From positions 160,001 to 224,000 of the forward strand of contig CAVSGM010000001.1 in NCBI GenBank assembly GCA_963727485.1: 64,000 bases of DNA. The letters are read 5' to 3'. A program made the position numbers and the translations under genes. This stretch comes from an uncultured delta proteobacterium. GTDB taxonomy: Bacteria > Myxococcota > Myxococcia > SLRQ01. Under the pieces are notes generated by a model that was given only the letters and a program-made list of their open reading frames with translations, searched no databases and was not told the origin of the DNA. This document shows positions 1-10,985 of the stretch, in pieces (positions within the stretch are counted from its first letter, which is position 1; the number at the start of each line of letters is the position of its first letter).

Positions 1-16
1 AGGGACAGCGCGCGTC

Positions 17-3000
17 TCACTTCACCAGCTCCTGGTAGTAGTCCTTGACCTGCTGTTGGTACTGCTTGGGCGCCCCCTGCTTCATGGCGTCCATCAGCTC
101 CTTGCGGAAGGCGGCCGGGGCCTTGAAGCTGTCGGCGTCGGGGATCTTCACCGGCTCGTGGGCCATGCCGTACATCCCCTGGCCCCCGGGCCCGCCGCCG
201 CTCATGGGCATGGGGATCCCGCCGCCGCCGCCCTGCTGCATCGCCTGCTCCATGGCCTGCTGCAGCTTGCCCAGGCGATCGAGGGCGCTCTTCTGCTCCC
301 CGCTCGCCTGCCGGGCGTCGGACTCGGCGAGGCGCTGGCCGGCCTGCCCCATGTGCTGCATCGCCTGCTGGAGGTCGCCCTGCATCCCCGGGGAGAACAC
401 CGGCGCCTTCTGGCTCATCGCCTGCATCTGCTGCTGGAGCGAGGCCGCCCGGCGGCGCAGCTGCTCCTGGTCGCGGCTCATCCGCGCCATCCGCTTCTGG
501 TCCTGGCGGTCGAAGACGCTCCGGGGATCGGGGAAGAGCTTGTCGAGCTCGTCGCGGATGTCCTGGGCCTTGTCGTGGGCGGCGTCGGCGCGCTGCCTCG
601 CCTCGTCGGCGGGGCCCCCGGCGGCCCGCTGCCCCAGGAGCCCGCGCATCTCCATCGCCCGCTCCGAGAGGGACCCCTGGAGGTTGCGGGACTGCTGGAG
701 CGCCTTCTCGGCCATGGCCCGCGCCTCCTGGAAGTCCCGGGCCTTGAGCAGCATCGCCACGTCCTTGAGCCTTGCGGCGGCGCTGTCCTTGAGGTCGGCG
801 TCGAAGCGGGCGAAGGGCCCGTCGAAGGCCGCCTGGGGGATGCCCTGGAGCTGCCCCCGGGCGTCGTCGGCCTCGGCGGAGAGCTTCTTCACCAGGTCGT
901 CGAGCTTGTCCTTGAGCTTGTGCTCCAGGGCCTTCTGGTAGGTCTGCTTGAGCTTCGCCGAGGCGTCGAGGAGGCGCTGCTGCTGGTGCTTGACCCGCTG
1001 GAGGTCGTCGGAGAAGCGCATCATCTGGGCGGCGAGCTCCCGGTACTTCTGGCCCCCGAAGCCCTTCTGCTGCTTCTGCCAGCTGTCGAGCATCTGGTCG
1101 AGCTGGGTGCCCATCTGGGCCAGGCGCTTGAGGGCCTCGTCGAGCTTGCCCTCGTTGAGGAGCTTCTGGACGTCGTCGAGGTCGCCGAGGAGGTTCTTGT
1201 TCTTGGTGAGCTGGGAGAGGGCCTGGGCGTTGAGGTGCTCGTCGTTGATGCTCCTCGCCAGCTGGGCCATCTTCTGCATCAGCTCCCCGATGCGCGCCTT
1301 GATCCGGGCAATCTCCTCGCCGATCTGGGCCCGGGTCGCCTCGTCGGGGTGCTTCTTGAGCTGGTCGATGAGGTCCGAGAGCCGCCGGCGGTGCTGCTTG
1401 ATCTCCTGGGCCATGGCCATCAGGTCGGCCATCTTCTGCTGGTCGAGGAGGTCCTCGAGGTAGAGGACGTCCTTCTCCAGCTCGCCCACCGACTCGCTCT
1501 CCGAGCGGCGCACCAGGGCGGTGAACGCCTGGTCGGCCATGCCCCGCACCCGCAGCCGCCGGGCGAAGTAGCGAAGCGCGCTCGCCGAGCGGTCGTCCAC
1601 GTGGTGGACCCCGGCCCGGATGTTCATCAGGGCGTCGAGCAGCGGCCTGGGGGTCAGCCGGTCCTGGCCGAGCTTCCCCAGGGTGGCGTCCAGGTGGTCG
1701 ACCAGCGTCGACAGCCCGCCCTCGAGCTTTCGCGCCGCGGCCAGCTTGGGCTCCACCGTGCCCTCGGGCTCGTCGGGGCCCACCGCAAACGGCGTCGCCA
1801 GGTGGTCGGCGAGGGTGGTGATCATCCCCTCCCAGAGCTTGTCCACCTCGGCCATCAGCTTGCGGTGGTGCTCGGCGGCGGAGAACACCTTGAGGTAGCG
1901 GGTCTTGCTGACCCCCCGCTTGGGCCCGGAGACCGCGTCGTCGTCGAGGGCCTCGAGGAAGAAGGCCACCCGGTCGCCGGGGCCGAGGTGGAGGGTGGTG
2001 AGGTCCCAGGCGGTGCGCCCCTCGTCCCGGGGCCGGTCGGCGGGGTGGTGGAGCACCACCCGCTTCTTCTTGGCTCCCTGGATCCGGTAGACCAGGGCCA
2101 GCTCGGTGAGGCCGAAGTCGTCGGAGGCGTGCCAGGAGAGGTCGAGGTGGTCCTGGTCGCGGACCTCGATCTGGTCCTCGTCGTGGCCCACCACCGCGAG
2201 CTGCACGTGGGGGTAGGCGTCGGGCTTGACGGTGATCGCGTGGGGCGCCCCCTCGGCGACGGTCTGGCCCTTCCCGTCGAGGAAGCGGAAGTGGTAGGTG
2301 CCGCCGCGGTCGACCACCAGCTTCCCCGAGAGGGCCCGGGCGCCTTCGACCTTCAGGGGGAGCACCGTCTTCCCCCGGACCAGCGCCGCCCGCGTCACGT
2401 CCCGGTCGGCGACGGTGTGGATCTCCACCTCGGTGCCCTTCAGGGCGGTGATGTCGCCGCCGGTGCCGCTGACGGTCCGGGGCGGGAGGTGGGTGTAACC
2501 CGGGTAGCGGTAGGTGAGCGAGACGTCGCCGGTGATCAGGGTGGCGACCCCGGCGGGGGTCTTCCCGGTGAGGTTCGCCAGCGGCCGGTCGAGGCCGACG
2601 AGGCGCCGGTAGCCGGGGGTGAAGACCGTGGGCCACCCGGCGAGGAGGACGGCGTGGACGGCCAGGACGCCGCCGAGGGCGAGGCTCGCCCGGAGGAGGC
2701 CCCGGGTCGGGATCGCGGGCTTCGGGTCCAGGCGGGCGACCCCGCGGGCCACCCGGGACACGTGGGCGGCGGCGAGGTCGGTCCCGAAGCCCGCGGCCTC
2801 CCGGTGGAAGGCGACGGCGCTGCGCAGGCCCGCGGTCCCCGGGAGCGCCCCCTCGAGGAGCCGCGCCACCCGGGCGTCGCCGCCGAGGCGTCTCACCGGC
2901 CGGAGCACGAAGCGCCAGAGGAGGGCCACGGTCACCGTGGTCACCAGCGCCAGGGCCCCGGTGCGCAGCCACCCGAGACCGGCGGCGGTCTCCGGGGACA

Positions 3001-3157
3001 CCCCGCCGAGCACGGCGGAGCCCACCGCGCCGACGACGGCGGCGGTGGCGAGGAGGAGGCAGGCCCCGGTGAGGAGGCTCACCCCCAGGGCCCGCCGCCG
3101 GGTCCGCGACAGCAGGGAGGCGATGGGCCCGTAGTCTTCGGGGCGGATCTCGACCAT
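17..3157 (-). CDS. DUF4175-like membrane-anchored protein with Ig-like domains and long C-terminal coiled coil
   Basis: 1046-aa ORF with N-terminal TM helices, beta-rich middle (YRYPGYT...; ASDDFGL; LEALDDDAVSGPK) and a Q/K/L-rich coiled-coil C-terminus ending VKDYYQELVK, typical of this family. Confidence 0.7.
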   Translation of the reverse strand: MVEIRPEDYGPIASLLSRTRRRALGVSLLTGACLLLATAAVVGAVGSAVLGGVSPETAAGLGWLRTGALALVTTVTVALLWRFVLRPVRRLGGDARVARLLEGALPGTAGLRSAVAFHREAAGFGTDLAAAHVSRVARGVARLDPKPAIPTRGLLRASLALGGVLAVHAVLLAGWPTVFTPGYRRLVGLDRPLANLTGKTPAGVATLITGDVSLTYRYPGYTHLPPRTVSGTGGDITALKGTEVEIHTVADRDVTRAALVRGKTVLPLKVEGARALSGKLVVDRGGTYHFRFLDGKGQTVAEGAPHAITVKPDAYPHVQLAVVGHDEDQIEVRDQDHLDLSWHASDDFGLTELALVYRIQGAKKKRVVLHHPADRPRDEGRTAWDLTTLHLGPGDRVAFFLEALDDDAVSGPKRGVSKTRYLKVFSAAEHHRKLMAEVDKLWEGMITTLADHLATPFAVGPDEPEGTVEPKLAAARKLEGGLSTLVDHLDATLGKLGQDRLTPRPLLDALMNIRAGVHHVDDRSASALRYFARRLRVRGMADQAFTALVRRSESESVGELEKDVLYLEDLLDQQKMADLMAMAQEIKQHRRRLSDLIDQLKKHPDEATRAQIGEEIARIKARIGELMQKMAQLARSINDEHLNAQALSQLTKNKNLLGDLDDVQKLLNEGKLDEALKRLAQMGTQLDQMLDSWQKQQKGFGGQKYRELAAQMMRFSDDLQRVKHQQQRLLDASAKLKQTYQKALEHKLKDKLDDLVKKLSAEADDARGQLQGIPQAAFDGPFARFDADLKDSAAARLKDVAMLLKARDFQEARAMAEKALQQSRNLQGSLSERAMEMRGLLGQRAAGGPADEARQRADAAHDKAQDIRDELDKLFPDPRSVFDRQDQKRMARMSRDQEQLRRRAASLQQQMQAMSQKAPVFSPGMQGDLQQAMQHMGQAGQRLAESDARQASGEQKSALDRLGKLQQAMEQAMQQGGGGGIPMPMSGGGPGGQGMYGMAHEPVKIPDADSFKAPAAFRKELMDAMKQGAPKQYQQQVKDYYQELVK

Positions 3158-3266
3158 GAGTAGCGTCTGGAAAGGCGAACCGGAGGGTCCGGAGGGCTAT
3201 TCCGTCGCTAATCTCTCACGAAGCCGGCCCTCGATGCGACCGGCGTCGTGGTCGAGGGGGACCCGC

Positions 3267-3509
3267 CTACTGGAGCGTCGGCTGGGGGCTGGGGAAGGTC
3301 CGGGCGGCCCAGGTGGGCACGCTCGCCTCCCAGTCCTCCATCTCGACCTGGATCGCGTAGCTGTCGTCGCGGGGCAGCTCCAGCGCCTCGATGGCGCCGT
3401 TGCCGTCGGTGACCCAGCTCTCGACGACCCTCGCCCGCCCGAAGCTCAACGGCTGGAGGAGGCTCACCCGGAAGACAGGCCGCGTGGGGTGGAAGGAGAC
3501 GTTCATCAC
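3267..3509 (-). CDS. small hypothetical protein (80 aa)
   Basis: Protein-like composition; fills the gap between two genes; sigma70-like promoter TTGACG-N16-TACCCT directly upstream. Confidence 0.55.
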   Translation of the reverse strand: MMNVSFHPTRPVFRVSLLQPLSFGRARVVESWVTDGNGAIEALELPRDDSYAIQVEMEDWEASVPTWAARTFPSPQPTLQ

Positions 3510-3516
3510 ACCCTCT

Positions 3517-3544
3517 AGGGTAAGGCCGGCCCCCCGAACGTCAA
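3517..3544 (-). promoter_or_regulatory. putative sigma70-type promoter (TTGACG-N16-TACCCT)
   Basis: -35 at 3539-3544, -10 at 3517-3522; GTG start lies 7 nt downstream. Confidence 0.45.
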
Positions 3545-3576
3545 CGGGGCCCCTCGGGCGCTTCGGCGGATCGTCA

Positions 3577-3605
3577 TTGAAACCCGAGGCTTGGGGGCGT
3601 ATCAG
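3577..3605 (+). promoter_or_regulatory. putative sigma70-type promoter (TTGAAA-N17-TATCAG)
   Basis: -35 at 3577-3582, -10 at 3600-3605; GTG start at 3613 lies 7 nt downstream. Confidence 0.4.
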
Positions 3606-3612
3606 GCTTCGG

Positions 3613-6600
3613 GTGCGTCCCCTCGAGCCAGGCCAGAAGATTCGCTACCTGCCCCAGCCGGGGTGGGGGGTGGGGCACGTCCTCACCCTCTCCGACGAGG
3701 GCCGCCGCGCCGACGTGCGGTTCCCCGAGCCCACCGGCACCGTCCGCATCTCCCTGAAGGGCGGGAAGGTCGAGCCCCACTTCTTCGAGCCCGGGGACGA
3801 GGTCCTCCTCGACGGGCTCCCGGCCCAGATCCTCGAGCGCATCGACGACCTCGGGGACTACGACGACCTGGCGACCTACCGCTGCCTCACCGAGGCCGGG
3901 GAGATCGAGATCTCCGAGGATCGCATCGAGGCCCCGGCGCCCCCGGAGGACCTCCTCGACGCCCTGCGCGCCGGCCGGGTGGGCCGGGCCTCGGCCTTCG
4001 TGCTCCGGCGGGAGAGCCTCGCCCTCGACGACGAGCGCCGGGCCGACGCCCTGGGGGCGCTGTTCGCCTCCCGGGTCATGGTCCGCCCCCACCAGGTCGG
4101 CGTGGTCCAGCGGGTGCTCTCGGCGCCGAGGCCGCGCTTCGTCCTCGGCGACGAGGTGGGCCTCGGGAAGACCATCGAGGCGGGGATGATCTACAGCGCC
4201 CTGCGCCTCTCGGGGATGGCGCGGCGGGTGCTGGTGGTGGCCCCGGGCCACCTCACGGTGCAGTGGCTGGTGGAGCTCTTCCACAAGTTCAACCAGCTCT
4301 TCACCTTCATGGACGCCGATCGCTACCGCCAGAGCCTGGAGGAGGCGCCGGAGGTCAGCCCCTGGGAGCGCTTCGACCAGGTGGTCACCTCCCTCGAGCT
4401 GCTCACCCGCGGCGAGGGGCACTTCGAGGCCCTCGCCGACACCGAGTGGGACCTGGTGATCCTCGACGAGGCCCACCACCTCTCGGGGCCCAAGGCCCGG
4501 GCGGTGGCCGAGCGCCTCGCCGAGAAGAGCTTTGGGCTGCTGCTGCTCACCGCCACCCCGATGCAGCTCGACCCCGAGGGCTACCGGAGGCTCCTGGCCC
4601 TGGTGGACCCCGACGCCGCGCCCACCAAGAAGGCCTTCGCCGATCGGATGAAGCGCCAGGGCGAGGTGGCGGCGGCGGCGCGGGCGCTCCTCGAGGGCAC
4701 CGACGCCGCCGGCGCCCTCGAGGCCCTCCGGGGCGCCTTCCCGGACGACCCGGTCCTCGCGGGGAAGGCGAAGCCCCAGGCGCTCCTGGCGCACCTGGCG
4801 AGCACCTACTCCCTCTCCGATCGCCTGGTCAGGAACCGCCGGGCGGTGGTCGGTGGCTTCCCCGAGCGGCGGGTCCACCGGCACCGGGTGGCCCTCGATC
4901 CCGCCGAGGCCGAGGCCCGGGCGAAGGTGGTGGCGCGCCTCGACGAGAGCGGGGTGCGCGGGGCGGCGCTGGCGGGGATGCTCCGGCGCCTCGAGTCCTC
5001 GCCCTCGGCCCTCAAGGCGGCGGTGGCGTCGAACCAGGCCCTGGCGGATCTCGAGATCGATCTCCCCGATCGCGACGGGCGCTACCTCGCCCTCCGGGCG
5101 CTCCTCGAGGACGATCCCTCCGCCAAGGTCCTGGTGTTCACCGAGGCGCGGGCCACCCTGGACTTCCTCCAGGCCGAGCTCGGCCGCGACGGGATCGCGG
5201 CGCTGGCCTACCACGGCGATCTGGCCCTGGTGGAGCGCGACCGGCAGGTGGCGCGCTTCCGGGATCCCGAGGGGCCGCGGGTGCTGCTGTCCACCGACCT
5301 CGGCGGTGAGGGGCGCAACTTCCAGTTCGCCCACCACCTGGTCAACTACGATCTCCCCTGGCGCCCGGCGGCGGTGGAGCAGCGCATCGGTCGCCTCGAC
5401 CGGGTCGGGCGCACCACCCCGGTGGACATCCACGTCTTCGAGGTCCCGGGGACGCTCTCCGCCGAGGTCCTGGAGCTCCTCGACGACGCGGTGGACGTGT
5501 TCCGCCGGCCCATCGGCGGCCTCGATCCGGTCCTCGAGGAGGTGGAGCCAAGGCTCCTCGAGCTGGCGCTGGTGGGCCCCGCCGAGCGCGCTGCCTATGC
5601 GAAGACCCTGAAGAAGAAGGTCGCCCGGGCCCGGACCCAGGTGGGCCGCGACTACGATCCCCTCCTCGACCTGCGCAGCTACGACCGGGAGGACGTGGCG
5701 GCGTTGGTCGACCGGGCGCTCAAGCGTCACGACCTCGACGAGACCTTCGCCGACGCCACCGTGGAGGAGCGGCTGGTGGGCCTGGCCCGGGACCTCGACG
5801 AGCGCCTCGAGGAGACGGTCACCGAGCTGGCCGAGCGCGTGGGCATCGGTGTCGACACCGAGCAGGAGGTCGACGCCTTCCACTGCGCCTTCCACTTCGG
5901 GCACGCCCTCAACGTCGAGGCCCTCCCCGGGGTCGACATCCGCGAGGAGCGCACCGAGGTGGGCACCTTCTGGCGGGACACGGCGGTGGAGGCTGAGGAG
6001 AACGCCTACTTCGCCACCGGCCACCCCCTGGTCGAGGCGCTCTTCAGCTTCCTGCGCGACGGGCCCTACGGCCGCGCCGCCTTCCGGCACCTGCACCGGC
6101 GCCGCGGCGGGACCGAGGCCCGGGGTCTCGAGTGCCTCTTCCACCTCCGGCCCCCGGAGCCCGAGGACACCACCCCCGGCGCCCGGGTGCCCTCACGGCA
6201 GCTCGCCCGCTTCCTCGACCGCTGGTTCATCCGGGTGGCCGTCGCCCGGGGCGACGACGGCGCGCCGGTGGAGGCGCTCGGGCTCCTCGAGACCCTGGAG
6301 AGCACCGGCCGGGGCCTCAAGGGCGCCCAGCTCGAGGCGGCCTTCCCCGGCTTCGATCGCTTCCTCGAGCCGGGCCTCGACGCCGCCTGGGAGTCGGCGG
6401 CGGCGGTGGCCATGAAGCGCGTCGCCGAGGCCAAGAAGGCGCTGGCCGCCGAGCGGGAGGAGACGGTGGCCCGATTGGCCCTGGCCCTGCCGCACCGCGG
6501 CCTCGACGACGCCGCGGTCCGCCTGCGCCTGGACGAGGAGCGGCGGTGGTACGACCGGCTGGAGTCGACGCTCGACGAGCTGTCCATCGATCTCGACGCC

Positions 6601-6624
6601 ATCAGCGGGTTCGTGATCGCGTAG
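3613..6624 (+). CDS. SNF2-family helicase, RapA/HepA-like RNA polymerase-associated ATPase
   Basis: Motifs LGDEVGLGKT, LDEAHH, LLLTATP, GGEGRNFQ, EQRIGRLDRVG; RapA-like C-terminus (GHPLV); start moved to in-frame GTG at 3613. Confidence 0.85.
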   Translation: MRPLEPGQKIRYLPQPGWGVGHVLTLSDEGRRADVRFPEPTGTVRISLKGGKVEPHFFEPGDEVLLDGLPAQILERIDDLGDYDDLATYRCLTEAGEIEISEDRIEAPAPPEDLLDALRAGRVGRASAFVLRRESLALDDERRADALGALFASRVMVRPHQVGVVQRVLSAPRPRFVLGDEVGLGKTIEAGMIYSALRLSGMARRVLVVAPGHLTVQWLVELFHKFNQLFTFMDADRYRQSLEEAPEVSPWERFDQVVTSLELLTRGEGHFEALADTEWDLVILDEAHHLSGPKARAVAERLAEKSFGLLLLTATPMQLDPEGYRRLLALVDPDAAPTKKAFADRMKRQGEVAAAARALLEGTDAAGALEALRGAFPDDPVLAGKAKPQALLAHLASTYSLSDRLVRNRRAVVGGFPERRVHRHRVALDPAEAEARAKVVARLDESGVRGAALAGMLRRLESSPSALKAAVASNQALADLEIDLPDRDGRYLALRALLEDDPSAKVLVFTEARATLDFLQAELGRDGIAALAYHGDLALVERDRQVARFRDPEGPRVLLSTDLGGEGRNFQFAHHLVNYDLPWRPAAVEQRIGRLDRVGRTTPVDIHVFEVPGTLSAEVLELLDDAVDVFRRPIGGLDPVLEEVEPRLLELALVGPAERAAYAKTLKKKVARARTQVGRDYDPLLDLRSYDREDVAALVDRALKRHDLDETFADATVEERLVGLARDLDERLEETVTELAERVGIGVDTEQEVDAFHCAFHFGHALNVEALPGVDIREERTEVGTFWRDTAVEAEENAYFATGHPLVEALFSFLRDGPYGRAAFRHLHRRRGGTEARGLECLFHLRPPEPEDTTPGARVPSRQLARFLDRWFIRVAVARGDDGAPVEALGLLETLESTGRGLKGAQLEAAFPGFDRFLEPGLDAAWESAAAVAMKRVAEAKKALAAEREETVARLALALPHRGLDDAAVRLRLDEERRWYDRLESTLDELSIDLDAISGFVIA

Positions 6625-6812
6625 GCCGCGTGGGGCGGCGGGCAGCGCGGATCCGGACGAGAGGGAGTCGCCCTACCTGGATCCGGGGAGGTCGGATTGC
6701 GGCGAGATCCGTAGGATGTGGGCTCGAGCAGGCGTTCGAGCAGTCCTGGGCGTCCAGCTGACCATCCACGGATTGGCCGGGGGCCTCGCCGCCTCCGCTG
6801 GGGGGCATTTCC

Positions 6813-9348
6813 ATGCGCGTCACGCCGCGGTCGTCGACCGCCGTTCTCCTCTCGCTCGCGGTCTGCTCGCTGGTCGGCTGCCAGAAGGCCCCCGGGTTCT
6901 CCTACACCATCGATCCGTCCCTGACGCCGAGCCCGGCGACCCTCGGCGATCGGCCCCTGGCGCAGCTCTCGGATCCCGACGGGCTCGAGACCCTCTTCGT
7001 CGCCAACGCGGTGCTGGTGCGGCCCGGTAGCCGCAGCCAGCTCGACACGGTGCTCAAGGCGCTCAACGACCGCGGTCTCGAGGCGCATCTCGCCGGCGAC
7101 GACGCGGTCCCCGACCCGCCGCCCGCCTCCCAGAATCTCCGCCGACCCGGCCTCCTCGACGCCCACCACCTACCTCATCGAGCTGGACCCCACGAAGGCG
7201 CACGCCTACCTCGACGGCTTCGCGACCGACGCCGCGAAGGCAGGATTCCAGGGAAAGATCCGGGTGTCGGGGGTCGACGCGGCCGCCCTGCTCGCGGTCA
7301 CCATGCACCTGGCGGCCTCGGGGGTGGCGGCCGGGCCGGACTTCGTGTCCACCCCCGACAGCCTGACCTCGACCGCGGAGGCGCCCGACGGATCCGGGGG
7401 GAACCTCGACGCCTTCACCATGACGCCGTTCCTGGCCACCGGCTCCCGGTCCGACGTGGTCGGGGCCTGGCGGCTGGTCGACGCGGCGCCGGCGGGCACC
7501 TGGCACCGCGTGGGCCTGGTGGTTCTCGACGGGGGCTTCTGGATCGACGCCTCCGGCCGCCCCAACACCGCCTCGACCGGCGCCTGGAACTCCGATCTGC
7601 CCGCCCTGCCGATCCAGTACGACTTCAACGGCCGGGACCGCTTCGCCGGGGGGATGAACCCGAGCCAGTGCACCGGCGGCTTTCCGTGTCCCTGGCACGG
7701 CAACGGCAGCGCCGGGGTCGCCGCGGGGATTCTCGACAACCGCTACGGCGGCGCCGGCACCGGCGGGCTGGTGGCCGACCCCTGGCTGTTCAAGACGGAC
7801 TACTCGGACAGCCAGGTGACCCGCGCCCTGCGGACGGCGGTGGCCTGGCACGCGGGGGTAATCTCCATGAGCTTCGGTGGGTCCTGCGGGGACTTCTGCC
7901 GCTTCGGCCGGCACTTCGACGGCTACTACGACGCCTTCGGGGCCGCCCGCACCCACGGCCTGGTCCTGGTCGCGGCCGCCGGGAACGACAACGCCGACGT
8001 CGACCGGCGGCACGAGTTTCCCTGCAACCTCGACGGGGTCATCTGCGTCGGGGCGCTCGCCGGCGGGACCTCCAACAAGATATCCTACTCGAACTACGGC
8101 AGCCACGTAGACATCTGGGCCCCGACCGACATCACGGTCATGCCCAACGGCCAGACCGCCCCCGCGACGGCCAACCACAACGGGACCAGCGCCTCGGCTC
8201 CGTTCGTGGCGGGCATCGCGGCGATGCTCAAGGCCTTCGACCCGTCCCTGACCTCCGACCAGGTACGCGACCTGCTGCGCGACCACGCCTGGACCGACTC
8301 GGCGGATCCCGACGTCGACCGCTACGTCGACGCCCACCGCTCGCTCGCCGCCGTGGCTCCGGGGGTCGACATCGCGCCGCTCATCTCCGTGTCGCTTCCG
8401 GGTCGGACCACCCTCGACGTCGATCTCAACCGTGGCTTCCAGGTCCTGGCGACGACCTCCGACGTCGAGGACGGCACCCCCTGCTGCCAGGTGACCTGGA
8501 CGCCGGCCCCGGTCGTGTCCAACGCCGGGGGGCGATCCGCCGTCCTCGACCTCCACTCGACCGGGACGCAGACCATCACCGCCGTCGCCACCGACAGCGG
8601 AGGCGCGACCGCCCAGGCGACCCTCGAGGTGACCGTGCACAACCAGGCGCCGGTGGTGGGCATCGAGGAGCCCCTCGATGGGCACCTCGTGCTCTCCGGG
8701 GCAAACTTGCAGCTCCGGGGGACCGCCACCGACGCCAACGAGGGGCCCGGGCCCGACCCCGGTGCCCTGCCGTGCGGCGCGCTGCACTGGAGCAGCGACG
8801 ACCCCGGCGACGTGGGGCTCCCGGCCACCGGCTGCGATCTCACCGTCCAGTTCTCCACCCCCGGGAACCGGGTGGTGACGCTCGAAGCCCATGATCCCGA
8901 GGGGCTGGTCGGCTCCACGCAGGTCAACCTGGTGGTCGGCGCGCCCCCGACCAACTATCCGCCGACGATCCACGTGGGCAGCCTGCCTGCGTTCACCTAC
9001 AACGGCGACGGCTACCCGATGACCAACGCCCTGTCGTTCACCGCCAGCGCCACGGATCCCGAGGGGAACACCCCGATCCAGTTCAGATGGAGCGCGACCA
9101 CATTCCGGCCCGGCCAGGATTCTTCCGTGTACGTCGGCGCCGCCCCCGTGGGGGCCGCCACCACGGCCACCGGCAACCTCGACTGGACGCCCTCGAGCAC
9201 GCCGGACCTGTTCATCCCGGACTGCACCGGGGCCAACGCCTACCTGGGCCAGAAGGTCGAGCTCACCGTGCTGGCCAGCGACTCCCTGGGCTACTCGAGC
9301 TCCGTGACCTTGCCGGCGTTCAGGGTCTACAAGTGCACCCTGAACTAG
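6813..9348 (+). CDS. S8 subtilisin-like serine peptidase lipoprotein with C-terminal Ig/PKD-like domains (apparent frameshift ~7135)
   Basis: Lipobox SLVGC; catalytic D (VLDGG), H (WHGNG), oxyanion N (AAAGND), S (NGTSASAP); ORFs 6813 and 7264 join if one A is removed from GAATC at ~7135. Confidence 0.85.
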
Positions 9349-10812
9349 GACGCCGCGGCGTCCTTGGGCGTGAGCCGGTACCGGCCCGCGTCGAAGCGCC
9401 ACGTCCGCAGGCGGTACTCCAGGGTGAAGCCGGGCCACAGGGTGGTGTTCCGTCCGTCCCGGGTCCGGTACCAGCTCACGCAGCCGCTGCTCCAGACCGT
9501 CCGTGGGAAGCGGCGGGCGAGATTGGCGTTGAACTTCGCCTGGGCCTCGGGCTCGACCTCCACCGCCGCGAGGCCCCGGCGGCGCATGGTGCGCACCGCC
9601 TCGAGGATGTACCGGGCCTGGCTCTCGATCATGAGGATCATGGAGCTGTGCCCCAGCCCGGTGTTGGGCCCGACGATGAAGAAGAGGTTGGGGAAGCCGG
9701 CGACGGTGGTGCCGAGGTAGGCCTGGGGTCCGTCGGCCCAGGCGGCGTCGAGGTCGGTGTCGCCGGCGCGCAGCGGGAAGGGCGCGCCCACCTCGGCGGC
9801 CTGGAAGCCGGTGGCCAGCACGATGGCGTCCACCGGCCGGGCCACGCCGTCTTCGGTCTCGACGCCCTCGGGGCCCACCCGGACGATGGGGCTGGTGACG
9901 ACCTCCACGTGCTCCCGGCACAGGGCCGGGTAGTAGTCGTTGGACAGGAGGATGCGCTTGCAGCCCATGGTGAACTGCGGCGTGAGCGCCTCCCGGAGCG
10001 CCGGATCGGCGACCTGCCGCGCGAGGTGGCGGTAGGCCAGCCGGCTGGCGAGGCGGAGGATGCGCGGGTTGCGGACGAAGCCGTAGGCCAGCAGCTCGTG
10101 GCGCCAGTAGAGCGAGAGCCGGGCGAGCTGCTGGGCCACCGGGACCCTGGCGTAGAGGCGCCGGCGGCCCTCGGGGATGGGGCGGTCGGCCTTGGGGAGG
10201 ATCCACGGCGCGGTGCGCTGGTAAACGTGGAGCCGCGAGACCCGGTCGACGATGCCGGGGACGATCTGGATGGCGCTGGCGCCGGTGCCGATCACGGCCA
10301 CCCGCGCGCCGTCGAGGGGGCGGGTGTGGTCCCACCGGGCCGAGTGGAAGATCCGCCCGCGGAAGGAGTCGAGGCCCTCGAGGTCCGGGTACGACGGCCG
10401 GGAGAGCCCGCCGGTGGCGGCGACCAGGACCCGCGCCTCGAGGCGCTCGCCGCCGGCCTCCACCATCCAGGTGCCGCGCGCGGCGTCGTAGGTGGCGCCG
10501 GTGACGGGCGTGCCGAGGCGCAGGTGATCCGAGAGACCCAGGCGCGTCACCGCGTCCTCGAGGTAGGCCTCGATCTCCGCCTGGGGGGCGAAGGTCCGCG
10601 ACCATCCCGGGTTCGGGCAGGAACGAGAAGGAGTAGAGGTGGCTCTCGATGTCGCAGGCGGCGCCGGGGTAGGTGTTGTCGCGCCAGGTGCCGCCGACCC
10701 GGTCGGCCTGCTCGAGGATCACGAAGTCGTCGAGGCCCGCCGCCTTGAGCCTGGCGCCCAGGGCCAGCCCGGCGAAGCCGGCGCCGACGATGACGATGCG
10801 ATCCTCGCCCAT
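9345..10812 (-). CDS. flavin-containing monooxygenase, Baeyer-Villiger type (apparent frameshift ~10615)
   Basis: GAGFAG Rossmann motif, GGTWRDNTYPGAACD, BVMO fingerprint FRGRIFHSARWD, second Rossmann GTGASA, ATGF. Confidence 0.9.
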
Positions 10813-10985
10813 GGACGATCCATAACGCAGGGCCGCGGCGGAGGGCAGGGGCGGCCCCCCTCGGATGCGGCGCATCCGTCCTCCGTCCCGAGGCAGGCCC
10901 TGTCCCCGGCGGGGTGGTGCAAATGGTGCGGGCTGCTAGGTTGGGTCCGGGAGGGTTGTCCAGCCATGTACGTCACGGAGGCGCC

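Noticed and set aside
56..3163. Long antisense and alternate-frame ORFs (also 3574-6144, 37493-40381, 47509-50223, 52646-56266 and others)
   Set aside because: Shadow ORFs expected from high GC3 codon bias; they overlap genes with clear motifs and have no motifs of their own
6648..6740. Hairpins in the RapA-peptidase intergenic region as an ncRNA
   Set aside because: Short GC-rich inverted repeats with no promoter or family motif; more likely terminator-like or chance
10915..10930. Sigma54 promoter TGGTGCAAATGGTGC before the dehydrogenase
   Set aside because: Has GG-N10-GC spacing but lacks the CAC/G core; may be just a TGGTGC direct repeat
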